Part shown: in pieces, positions 8,745-17,198 of the stretch | Layout: every line of letters starts with the position of its first letter | How positions within the stretch are numbered: the first letter of the stretch is position 1 | Source: Candidatus Saccharimonadota bacterium | GTDB lineage: Bacteria > Patescibacteriota > Saccharimonadia > Saccharimonadales > EFPC-124 | NCBI GenBank assembly: GCA_029288315.1 | Contig: JARIHL010000085.1 | Coordinates: 14,333-38,332, forward strand | Length of the DNA: 24,000 nt | Reading direction: 5' to 3' | The notes under the pieces: model-generated | What the model was told of the DNA's origin: nothing | Databases searched by the model: none | What the model saw: only the letters and a program-made list of their open reading frames with translations | Made by a program: the position numbers and the translations under genes

Positions 8745-9083
8745 ATGAAATATATTAGGAACTTTATCCTAATTGCTAGCATTGTTGGCACGATAGCAAC
8801 TTTATTAAACACGGATGTAGCATTTGCTGCCGATGGAGTTGCGCAAGCTGAAAATGCCTTAAAGGGATATATTAAGATCGGTATTTTACTTGCTGGCATC
8901 GTAGGGGTTGGCTTTGTAGTCATAGGTGCAATTAAGTATGCATCTGCATCTGGACACCCTGATAGGATGGAAAAAGCAAAAGACACAATCATTCATGCTC
9001 TTATCGGAGTAGCAATTGCGCTTGGTGCCTATGCATTAGTTGATATTGTCGCAAGTGTTGCGAAATCTGCCTTCGGAAGTTAA
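8745..9083 (+). CDS. T4SS pilin-like protein (VirB2/TrbC-like, Gram-positive/CPR 'T4SS_pilin' type)
   Basis: Signal peptide ending ...DVAFA|ADG, followed by two hydrophobic helices separated by a charged loop (ASASGHPDRMEKAKDT). First gene of the T4SS operon. Confidence 0.65.
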   Translation: MKYIRNFILIASIVGTIATLLNTDVAFAADGVAQAENALKGYIKIGILLAGIVGVGFVVIGAIKYASASGHPDRMEKAKDTIIHALIGVAIALGAYALVDIVASVAKSAFGS

Positions 9084-9087
9084 TACC

Positions 9088-10539
9088 GTGTTCAACAGCT
9101 TAAGTATCTTCGCGGACGCACAGGCCGCTTCTGAGGCGTTGAGATCAAATATTTCTCCAATGTTCTCAAATATGATTATAATAGCCGCTATTCTATGCGT
9201 GTTATTTGTAGTCTTTGGCGGCATCTATTATGCAACAAGTGGAGGCAATCCTGAAAAGCTTGAGCGTGCAAAGAAAACACTGCGAAATGCTTTCATTGGT
9301 TTTGTGGTGATACTCGGAGCAGGAACATTGGTTGCGATTATGCAGAACGCATATTCACAAAAAGCCGTGCAACCTACGCCAATTACACAGACACAAATTA
9401 AAGAAACAAAAAATGACTGTCCCCTGTGTGAGGTAATCAACCAGAGTGTTACAGGGTTTATTAATGGTATCGTCCAATCTATAGGAAAGCCAATCATTGA
9501 TGCCTTAAAACAGTTTACTACTGCAACTCCTCTTATGGCTCAGAATAGCGCGGTATTCAACTTATGGGCAGTTATTGTAGCAATTGCAGATGTACTTTTT
9601 TTACTTGTTATTGGGTTGATTGGATTCAGAATAATGAGCGCTTCTGTCATTGGATTTGAAGATGTGGATATCAGATCACTTCTGCCTCAAATTATTCTGA
9701 CCTTTATACTCGCCAACCTGTCTATATTTGCAATTGATGCAATAATTACAGTTTCTAATGCTATGATTCAAGCCTTGTTGATCGGTATGTCGAACGAGAT
9801 TATCTGGACGGCACTAGGTGGACTTATCGCGACAGCCGCTACTGTGAACATTGGTGTGCTAATCTTTATAGCAATTGCCATCATTCTAGCTGTCATGCTT
9901 CTCATCTATTATCTTAAACGTCTTATTATTCTCTACATTGGTGCGGTACTCTCACCTCTAATTGCTCTTCTTTGGCTACTACCGAGTTTCCGTGACTTTG
10001 CTATCTCATCGGCGAAGATGTACATTACTACAATATTCGTATTGTTTGTACAAGTTGTTGTGCTGATGCTTGCTGTTTCGTTATTCTCAGGGCTAATTCA
10101 AGGCGAAGGCAATCAGTTTATGACGGCTTTGCTTGCAATCGCTACGTTATCCGTGCTGCTCTCAACTAATAGAACAATGAACCAGTTAACGATGATGAGC
10201 GCTGGAGGTCAAGGAATGCGAAAGCTCGGCAATACCTTTGTGCGAGGTGTCAGTCATGTAGCAAGTTCTGTTAAACAGGCTGGAGCCGCCAAGCCAGAAG
10301 TTTCAGTATCCCGTAATAGTAGTCCAGCAGTCTCAAGTGCTCGACCAATAATGCCAGCCAGTACCGCACTTGCAACCGGAGAAACCCGCCAGGTATCACC
10401 GCGTAAAGCTGCCTCAGCTTTAACCGATAAAAAATCGTCACGCGAAGTTATGGTAACTGGTGGTGCTTCAAAACCAAATGTCACTATGACCGAAGCCCCT
10501 ATTAAAAAGACGCCTCGTATTCCGAAGGGAGGAAAATAA
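9088..10539 (+). CDS. Polytopic T4SS membrane protein: N-terminal pilin-like module fused to a VirB6/TrbL-like multi-TM domain with a disordered basic tail
   Basis: The N-terminus repeats the upstream pilin motif (FGGIYYATSGGNPEKLERAKKTLRNAFIGFVVILGAG). At least 5 further TM helices follow. The Ser/Pro/Lys-rich C-terminus is not hydrophobic. Start is uncertain: GTG 9088 just after the upstream stop, ATG 9040 (ORF track) or ATG 9160. Confidence 0.6.
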   Translation: MFNSLSIFADAQAASEALRSNISPMFSNMIIIAAILCVLFVVFGGIYYATSGGNPEKLERAKKTLRNAFIGFVVILGAGTLVAIMQNAYSQKAVQPTPITQTQIKETKNDCPLCEVINQSVTGFINGIVQSIGKPIIDALKQFTTATPLMAQNSAVFNLWAVIVAIADVLFLLVIGLIGFRIMSASVIGFEDVDIRSLLPQIILTFILANLSIFAIDAIITVSNAMIQALLIGMSNEIIWTALGGLIATAATVNIGVLIFIAIAIILAVMLLIYYLKRLIILYIGAVLSPLIALLWLLPSFRDFAISSAKMYITTIFVLFVQVVVLMLAVSLFSGLIQGEGNQFMTALLAIATLSVLLSTNRTMNQLTMMSAGGQGMRKLGNTFVRGVSHVASSVKQAGAAKPEVSVSRNSSPAVSSARPIMPASTALATGETRQVSPRKAASALTDKKSSREVMVTGGASKPNVTMTEAPIKKTPRIPKGGK

Positions 10540-11045
10540 TGAGAATTTCAATTGTTCCGGCCCAAATAACTACCGTTGAAGATAAGATTATCGGCAACAT
10601 CACCGTACAACAGGCAATGCTTCTTGGAGTTCCCATTCTAGTTGGATTTATTATTGCGATAGTGTTTCCACCTGCGGGTCAATTTGTTACATATAAAATT
10701 GCTATCGTGTTAGGGCTATTTGCAATTTGCGGTTCACTTGCTATCCGCATTAAAGACAGAATAATAGCGAAATGGATCAAGTTATTTGTCGTTTATTCTG
10801 CTCGCCCTCTTTACTATGTTTTCGATAAAAACTCGACATACTTGCGTAACCATGAAGAGTCGGAGGTTGTTGCAGAAACCACAGAAGATGTGAAACCAAT
10901 CAAGAAACCAGTTACTTTGACAAATAATATTTCGCCTAAAGAATTCGTCAGACTTGAGCAGTTCGCTACCGATGCTAGAGCGGGCATGAAATTTGAGGTT
11001 GGCAAGAAAGGAGAATTGAATGTTCATATTACCGAAGTTAAATAA
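10539..11045 (+). CDS. PrgI-like / VirB3-like small T4SS membrane protein
   Basis: N-terminal pattern ...EDKIIGNITVQQAMLLGVPILVGFIIAIVF plus a second TM helix. Positioned immediately upstream of VirB4, as VirB3/PrgI genes are. Start overlaps the upstream stop (TAATG), with a GGAGG SD. Confidence 0.55.
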   Translation: MRISIVPAQITTVEDKIIGNITVQQAMLLGVPILVGFIIAIVFPPAGQFVTYKIAIVLGLFAICGSLAIRIKDRIIAKWIKLFVVYSARPLYYVFDKNSTYLRNHEESEVVAETTEDVKPIKKPVTLTNNISPKEFVRLEQFATDARAGMKFEVGKKGELNVHITEVK

Positions 11046-11634
11046 AAAAGGCTCGTCGCGTCATCAGATTGCAATTAAGGGCGTTGAGGATAGCGTACTT
11101 ATTCTCCCGAATAATGAGTACCGAGTTATCATTGAAACATCTTCTATCAACTTTCATCTTATGAGTGAGGACGAGCAGGACGCGGTTGTCGATATCTACC
11201 AGGCATTTCTTAACTCGCTCTCTTTTCCAATCCAAATCGTGCAGAAAGTTCGTGCGCTCGACCTTGACGATTATCTTCAAGGCTTTGAAGCTAAGAAAGA
11301 AAAAGAATCTCTCGATGTCTATAAAAACCAAATCGATAGCTACACTAAATACGTCAAATCGCTCGTAAAAACAAATAAGATTCTTTCTCGCCAATTCTAT
11401 ATAGTTATTCCTTACCAAACAAAAGGCAAAGAAGGAGTAGAGGTAGCGAGAGAACAATTAGCAAACCGTCTCGCTATTGCCGAAAAGGGGCTTGGCAATG
11501 TTGGTATTAAGACACGTTTACTAAATAGCTTAGAGTTACTCGATCTATTCTATAACTCATACAATGCAACAGATGCGAAACAGCAACCCCTTACACAACA
11601 GACGATAGATTTATTGCAGAAGAATTATTTTTAA
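11020..11634 (+). CDS. VirB4 N-terminal-domain protein (separate ORF, in frame with the downstream VirB4 ATPase)
   Basis: IKGVEDSVLILPNNEYRVIIETSSINFHLMSEDEQDAVVDIYQAFLNSLSFPIQIV matches the conserved start of Gram-positive VirB4/TcpF/PrgJ-type proteins. AGGAG lies 6 nt before the ATG. Ends at TAA 11632-11634. Confidence 0.6.
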   Translation: MFILPKLNKKGSSRHQIAIKGVEDSVLILPNNEYRVIIETSSINFHLMSEDEQDAVVDIYQAFLNSLSFPIQIVQKVRALDLDDYLQGFEAKKEKESLDVYKNQIDSYTKYVKSLVKTNKILSRQFYIVIPYQTKGKEGVEVAREQLANRLAIAEKGLGNVGIKTRLLNSLELLDLFYNSYNATDAKQQPLTQQTIDLLQKNYF

Positions 11635-11643
11635 GGACACACC

Positions 11644-13389
11644 ATGAATTTAGTAAATCCAATTACAAAAATCAAAGAGATCCAAAAAGAGCGTGAAATG
11701 CGGCCAAAGCAGCATACTCTCTCATTCGGCGAACAGGATCCAATGGACATTATTTCTTATGCAGGAATGATGGAACAACCCGATCACCTTATCATTGATG
11801 GACAGTTCCGCCGCACCATTTTCATATCCGGCTATCCACACACGGCAGAAGTGGGATGGCTCGATTCGCTCACTCACCTTAATCATGATATAGATGTGTC
11901 ATATCATGTCGAGCAGGCTGACTCTAATGAAGCGCTAAAGAAGCTTGAGAAAAAGATTACACAACTCGAATCAATGCGCCGCGCGAAACTACGAGACGGC
12001 GGAATTATTGGTTCCGAAATTACCGATCCTCTCGATTCAGCTATGAATTTGCGGGATGCAATTCGACGAGGCCAACAGAAACTTTTTCATGTTTCTATCT
12101 ATGCGACTCTCGTAGCAGAATCACTAGAAGAACTAAATGATATCACTAACAGTTTAAAGTCTTCCCTCAGTGCCCGGCTGTTCTATATTAAGACCGCTCA
12201 GTATCAACAGGTCGAAGGATTACAGTCTACCTTGCCCCGTGGAGAGAATGCGCTCGCTCAGCGTCGCAACCTTGATAGTGAAACAGCGGCTTTAACATTT
12301 CCGTTTGTATCCTCTGAGCTAGTACAGCCAGGAGGTATTCTTTACGGAGTAAATAATTCAAATAACTCTTTGGTAATCATTGATCGCTTTAGTCTACATA
12401 ACGCCAACAGCATTACTTTTGCTCAATCAGGAAGTGGTAAGAGCTACACGACGAAAGTTGAAATTCTTCGTCAACTTATGCAAGGCACAAAAGTTATCGT
12501 GATTGACCCGGAGCGTGAGTATCAGAATCTCGCAAGTTCTGTCGGCGGTGCGTACATTAAGCTCTCTGCGCAGTCTGACCAAAAACTCAATCCGTTTGAT
12601 ATGGCGACAACCTCACGAAGTTCGGAGCAGCTGTCTTCTCATGCGCAAGACCTAACAGATGTCATCTCTCTGATGGTAGATGGCCTAAGCGCGCCAGAAA
12701 AAGCAGCACTTGATAAAGCAATCCTCGCAGTTTATTCAGCAAAGAAGAAAAGCTCTCCGATTCTTGAAGACCTATTCAAGCAGCTTAAGAAGATGAAGGA
12801 AGCAGAACTTTGTAAGCGACTCGAAAAGTATATCTCAGGCTCGCTTGCTAATGTATTTAATCACCAAACGAACATTAATTTGGATAATCGGCTTGTGGTC
12901 TTCGACATCAAAGACCTGCCTGAATCAATCCGGCAAATCATGATGATGATCGTCGCCAACTTTGTACAAAACACTGTAAAGCTTCATCCACAAAAACGAA
13001 TGCTTGTCATTGACGAAGGTTGGCTGCTGCTTGAACACGAAGAGACCGCACGCTTCGTTGCCGGGCTTGTCCGACGTGCTCGCAAGTATGGTCTTGGCGT
13101 ATCCATTATTACCCAACAGGCTAATGACTTCCTTTCCGACAAATATGGCCGTGCTATAGCATCACAAAGTTCGCTCCGTATTCTCATGCGCCAGGACACG
13201 ACTACTATTGAGCAGGTGACTCGCGAATTTCGGCTAAGTGATTACGAAAAGTCTTATCTTCTTACGAGTGATCGGGGTGATGCCCTGATCATCGCCGATC
13301 AACAACACGTATCCTTACACGTTACCGCCTCAGAAGAAGAGCATCCGCTCATTACTACCAACCCATTAGAGACGCTAAAAGACGAATAG
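11644..13389 (+). CDS. virB4: VirB4-family T4SS ATPase (central and C-terminal ATPase part)
   Basis: Walker A AQSGSGKSYT (about 12421-12450), Walker B MLVIDEGW, and the conserved ...GYPHTAEVGWLDSL... region upstream. Size and operon position fit. Confidence 0.9.
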   Translation: MNLVNPITKIKEIQKEREMRPKQHTLSFGEQDPMDIISYAGMMEQPDHLIIDGQFRRTIFISGYPHTAEVGWLDSLTHLNHDIDVSYHVEQADSNEALKKLEKKITQLESMRRAKLRDGGIIGSEITDPLDSAMNLRDAIRRGQQKLFHVSIYATLVAESLEELNDITNSLKSSLSARLFYIKTAQYQQVEGLQSTLPRGENALAQRRNLDSETAALTFPFVSSELVQPGGILYGVNNSNNSLVIIDRFSLHNANSITFAQSGSGKSYTTKVEILRQLMQGTKVIVIDPEREYQNLASSVGGAYIKLSAQSDQKLNPFDMATTSRSSEQLSSHAQDLTDVISLMVDGLSAPEKAALDKAILAVYSAKKKSSPILEDLFKQLKKMKEAELCKRLEKYISGSLANVFNHQTNINLDNRLVVFDIKDLPESIRQIMMMIVANFVQNTVKLHPQKRMLVIDEGWLLLEHEETARFVAGLVRRARKYGLGVSIITQQANDFLSDKYGRAIASQSSLRILMRQDTTTIEQVTREFRLSDYEKSYLLTSDRGDALIIADQQHVSLHVTASEEEHPLITTNPLETLKDE

Positions 13390-13391
13390 AT

Positions 13392-14018
13392 ATGCAGTAT
13401 ATCAGGATAGCTACCACTCTTTATTCATTCCGAAGAGAGATCGGTATTGTTCTTGGTGTGCTTGCAGCACTTATTATCCTTCCTATATTCGCCGTCATTG
13501 GCTTACTGAACAACGGCGTTCAGGGAGCCTCAGACGCTTTAGTATCTGTAGACCCAGTGACGCACAAGGTGGAAGTACGGGATGCTAAAGGTGGCCTTAT
13601 AACAACGCTGGATGCAACGACGACCTGGCCTATCAGAGGAGTTGTGACACAAGAATTCGGCCACCCCAACCCACCATACCAGACGACACACTCAGGAATA
13701 GACATTGACGGAGGATTTGGCTCCCCTGTGACTGTCTTTATGCAAGGAAAGGTTATTAAAGCAGGCGACAATGTGCTTGCTGGGTGTGGCTCGCACTGTG
13801 TCATCGTAGATCACGGTTTCGGAATTACCTCGATATACGCCCATATGTCAGCGCATAACGTGCAGGTTGGACAAACAGTCAAGCCAGGTGAGGTTATTGG
13901 ACGAGAAGGTGCCGAGGGGTGGGCAGAAGGCGCACACTTACACTTTGAGATACAAATTGCTCACATCCCCGTTAATCCACGCACATTCATGATAGGAAAC
14001 CCGCCACCAAGGAGCTAG
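13392..14018 (+). CDS. M23 (LytM-type) peptidoglycan endopeptidase, membrane anchored (VirB1-analogous wall hydrolase)
   Basis: N-terminal TM helix. HSGIDI (HxxxD, about 13690) and HLHFEI (HxH, about 13935) zinc motifs. Confidence 0.9.
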   Translation: MQYIRIATTLYSFRREIGIVLGVLAALIILPIFAVIGLLNNGVQGASDALVSVDPVTHKVEVRDAKGGLITTLDATTTWPIRGVVTQEFGHPNPPYQTTHSGIDIDGGFGSPVTVFMQGKVIKAGDNVLAGCGSHCVIVDHGFGITSIYAHMSAHNVQVGQTVKPGEVIGREGAEGWAEGAHLHFEIQIAHIPVNPRTFMIGNPPPRS

Positions 14019-14021
14019 ATT

Positions 14022-16379
14022 ATGGAGCATATTTTACAGCTCGGAAACAACGGCCTCATGATTACTTACTTAGTAATCGGTCTTAGTGTGCTTATTGGCG
14101 TATTCATTTTCATGGTCTTTTTACGTTTCACCGACCTAAAGAGAGTTTATAGCCAAAAGAAAGTATTTATTGAGGTAACACCTCCGCACGAAAGCAGCAA
14201 AACTCCCGAGGCAATGGAGCAGCTTTTCAATATTCTTTATAGCGCAGGTGCAACCCAAAAGTTCAGACACAAGCTCTTTCGCCGCAACAATGTATTCTCG
14301 CTTGAGGTCGTATCATCACGTCGGGAAGGAGTGAGGTATATTCTTGGAACGAGCGAGCGCGAAGCCGATTCTATTAAACGCAACATCGCTGCTTTCCTGA
14401 GTGATTCGAGGGTTAAAAGAATTGATGACCCGTTATTTAAACGGGACGTCTTCACAAAGGTAAAAGAATTCAAGCAGACGAAGCACTTTGCACTTCCTAT
14501 TCGTACCTTTCCTACATTTGAGCAACATGATCCAATAGCCTACATTACAGGGGCTATGAACAGGCTTGCTGACGAAGAGCAGGTTACGCTCCAACTTGTT
14601 ATCTCTCCTGCCCGTGTGCGCAATATGGCGGCAATCGTCGATCGCTACCATGAATTTTATAAAGTATCTGACGCAACACATAACAAAGGCTACGGGCATC
14701 TTTTTCGTACTGAATTGCGCGTCCGCGTTGTTGCTAACAACTCAAAAAATAAAGAAGAACGCTTGCATGGTATTGAATCGGCAATTGCTTCATTTAGTAT
14801 TCCGAAAGTACAAGTACTTAAAGCACGTTATAATTTCCCGCAGGCTCTACGAGGACGCTTTAGAGAGTGGGCGTTCATTCACCGCATGCCGTCCTTAATG
14901 ACACGCAATTCCAATGTATTCTCGTCACTAGAACTCGCTAACTTATATCACTTTCCGGCAAACCATACTAAAGCAGACAATCTGGTTGTGTCATTAAGTC
15001 GCACCCTCGCACCTCCGCTCTCAATCGTGAATAACACAGACTACGATATTGTTTTGGGACGAAACTTTCACAGAGGAATTTACACGGATATTGGCCTAAC
15101 CGCCAAAGAACGCGAGAAGCACCTCTTTATCATTGGTGGTACAGGGAACGGTAAAACTACGATGCTTGAATATACGCTTGTTCAAGACATAAAGAATGGC
15201 AAAGGCGTGGCTATTGTTGATCCGCATGGAGACTTGGCGGAATCGCTGCTTTCTTCGATACCAAAAGATCGAGAAAAGGATGTTATTTACTTTAATCCCG
15301 ATGACCTATCGTACCCAATTGGATTAAATCTACTCGAATTAACGCCTGGCTTAGATGAAGAGGGCTCATTACGCGAGCGTGACCTTGTGACCGAATCCGT
15401 TGTCTCAATTTTTCGTAAGATATTCTCTGAAGATGACAGTGGCGGCCACCGTATAGAATATGTACTTCGTAACGCCATCCACACCGCTCTCACCGTAGTT
15501 AACCCTACGCTATTCACTATTTACGATCTCCTCAATGATCCAAGCTATCGAAAGAAAGTAGTTGCCAATCTTGAGAATAAAGACTTAAAGAACTTCTGGC
15601 GGAATGAGATGGGCAAAGCCGGCGGCATGCAGCAGGTGAAAATGGTCGCCGGAATCACCTCAAAAATTGGACGCTTCCTATTCTCGGCCTCAGCAAAACG
15701 GATTCTTGAGCAACCCAAGTCAACAATCAATTTCGACGAGATTCTCAACGGCAAGATATTAATCTGTAACTTCTCAAAAGGCTTAGTGGGAGAAGATACC
15801 TCTGAACTATTTGGCATCGCTGTCCTTGCAAAACTACAACTTGCCGCCCTGCGTCGAGCACGGCTACCGCAAAGTGAGCGTGTTCCATTTTATCTTTATG
15901 TTGATGAGTTCCAAAACTTTGCGACTCCTTCGTTTAAGCAAATGCTATCTGAGGCTCGAAAATACAAACTATTTCTCACAATGGCTGAACAAAGTACCTC
16001 GCAACAAGAAGACTACCAAATGGTGGATGTTATTCTTGCGAATGTCGGCACGGTTATAAGCTTCCGATCTGGCAACCCTTCGGACGAAAAGAAACTATTG
16101 CCTTACTTCAAACCATATTTAGAAGAAGGTGATATTGCCAGCCTTCCTTCATTCAACTTTTATATAAGAATTTCGGCGGTTAAGATTCAGGAAGCATTTT
16201 CTGGGGAAACAATACTACCTAACCGTAGTTCAAACACAAATAACAACAGGGTTATTGAACTTTCAAGAAAGAATTACACTGTTAAATTTGAAGCTTCAAA
16301 TTCAAAGCCAGCCGTTAAAAGGGTCAAGAAAGCCGCTACTCAATCGAAACCTAAAGCCACCCTAAAAAGGCCGGAATAA
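14022..16379 (+). CDS. virD4: Type IV coupling protein (VirD4/TraG/TraD-like ATPase) with a long N-terminal extension
   Basis: N-terminal TM helix. Walker A IIGGTGNGKTT (about 15131-15165, near aa 370), Walker B YLYVDEFQNF, and the C-terminal ...MAEQSTSQ... block typical of T4CPs. AAGGAG SD. Confidence 0.85.
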   Translation: MEHILQLGNNGLMITYLVIGLSVLIGVFIFMVFLRFTDLKRVYSQKKVFIEVTPPHESSKTPEAMEQLFNILYSAGATQKFRHKLFRRNNVFSLEVVSSRREGVRYILGTSEREADSIKRNIAAFLSDSRVKRIDDPLFKRDVFTKVKEFKQTKHFALPIRTFPTFEQHDPIAYITGAMNRLADEEQVTLQLVISPARVRNMAAIVDRYHEFYKVSDATHNKGYGHLFRTELRVRVVANNSKNKEERLHGIESAIASFSIPKVQVLKARYNFPQALRGRFREWAFIHRMPSLMTRNSNVFSSLELANLYHFPANHTKADNLVVSLSRTLAPPLSIVNNTDYDIVLGRNFHRGIYTDIGLTAKEREKHLFIIGGTGNGKTTMLEYTLVQDIKNGKGVAIVDPHGDLAESLLSSIPKDREKDVIYFNPDDLSYPIGLNLLELTPGLDEEGSLRERDLVTESVVSIFRKIFSEDDSGGHRIEYVLRNAIHTALTVVNPTLFTIYDLLNDPSYRKKVVANLENKDLKNFWRNEMGKAGGMQQVKMVAGITSKIGRFLFSASAKRILEQPKSTINFDEILNGKILICNFSKGLVGEDTSELFGIAVLAKLQLAALRRARLPQSERVPFYLYVDEFQNFATPSFKQMLSEARKYKLFLTMAEQSTSQQEDYQMVDVILANVGTVISFRSGNPSDEKKLLPYFKPYLEEGDIASLPSFNFYIRISAVKIQEAFSGETILPNRSSNTNNNRVIELSRKNYTVKFEASNSKPAVKRVKKAATQSKPKATLKRPE

Positions 16380-16430
16380 ATCTGTTTTTAAAAAACAGAT
16401 CAACTTGCACTTGTAAACAAGATGCAAGTT
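16380..16430. terminator. Two adjacent hairpins between convergent operons (bidirectional terminator region)
   Basis: Hairpin 1: atctgttttt (16380-16389) pairs with aaaaacagat (16391-16400), a perfect palindrome. Hairpin 2: aacttgcacttgt (16402-16414) pairs with acaag-a-tgcaagtt (16417-16430), with one bulge. Confidence 0.6.
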
Positions 16431-16452
16431 ACTAATATAATAGTTTCTATAG

Positions 16453-17154
16453 TTAATCTTGAGAATCTGTGGAGTATAGCTTTTTATTAACTAATTCTAT
16501 TTTGCGAATATCTAAGTCTAAGCCCATGACGGCCAAAACTCTAACTATGTCCATCATGTGCACTAAAGCTGCTTTCCGAATATTAAACCTTAGAGTTTCG
16601 CCCAACTGTTTTTCGACTAAATATACATAGTAAGCAGGATTCGCATGGGTGAATGCACTAAAATAATCATATATCTGAACTGTCCCTGGGCCACGCGCAG
16701 CGATCCTATCTTGTATGGTCGAGGAAGTCCAAGGATTTGGATACTTTAAAGAATACTCTTCATTCGCCAGCATTTTTGTCGCCATACGTTTCATGGAATC
16801 CACATAAGTATCGACACTATCTTTATACGATTGAGCACGATCATCGACTTTTTCGGGATCAACTACTATGTGATGAATATCTGCTCCGACTTCCATAAGG
16901 GCACGTACAAGACTTGCGGCACTTAGCGTTAGGCTTACTTTGTCAATCTTGGTTAAAGCGATTGCGGTCAAATAATATTCAAGACCCATTCGATATGCCA
17001 GGCGCATTGAAGTCTGGAGTGGAGTCTCTTGAGCGAAATTACCCTTTGAATAGTGCAGATTTACCTTATCTATAAGCTCAGCCATGTCACCATGAATTTC
17101 TGCCAGTAAATCAAAATTAAGCTGCGTCATCGTAATTCCGCTATTCTTTCTCAC
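16453..17154 (-). CDS. Hypothetical all-helical protein (233 aa), weak resemblance to DUF5677/AbiV-like proteins
   Basis: Third gene of a co-directional trio with 44-48 nt gaps. Motifs AASLVRALMEVGADIHHIV and IYDYFSAFTHANP recall DUF5677-type helical proteins, from memory only. GTG start at 17154; alternative ATG at 17130. Confidence 0.55.
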   Translation of the reverse strand: MRKNSGITMTQLNFDLLAEIHGDMAELIDKVNLHYSKGNFAQETPLQTSMRLAYRMGLEYYLTAIALTKIDKVSLTLSAASLVRALMEVGADIHHIVVDPEKVDDRAQSYKDSVDTYVDSMKRMATKMLANEEYSLKYPNPWTSSTIQDRIAARGPGTVQIYDYFSAFTHANPAYYVYLVEKQLGETLRFNIRKAALVHMMDIVRVLAVMGLDLDIRKIELVNKKLYSTDSQD

Positions 17155-17198
17155 TCATACAGCCATTATAACTTTAACTCAAGTTTTCTGATGAAGTT

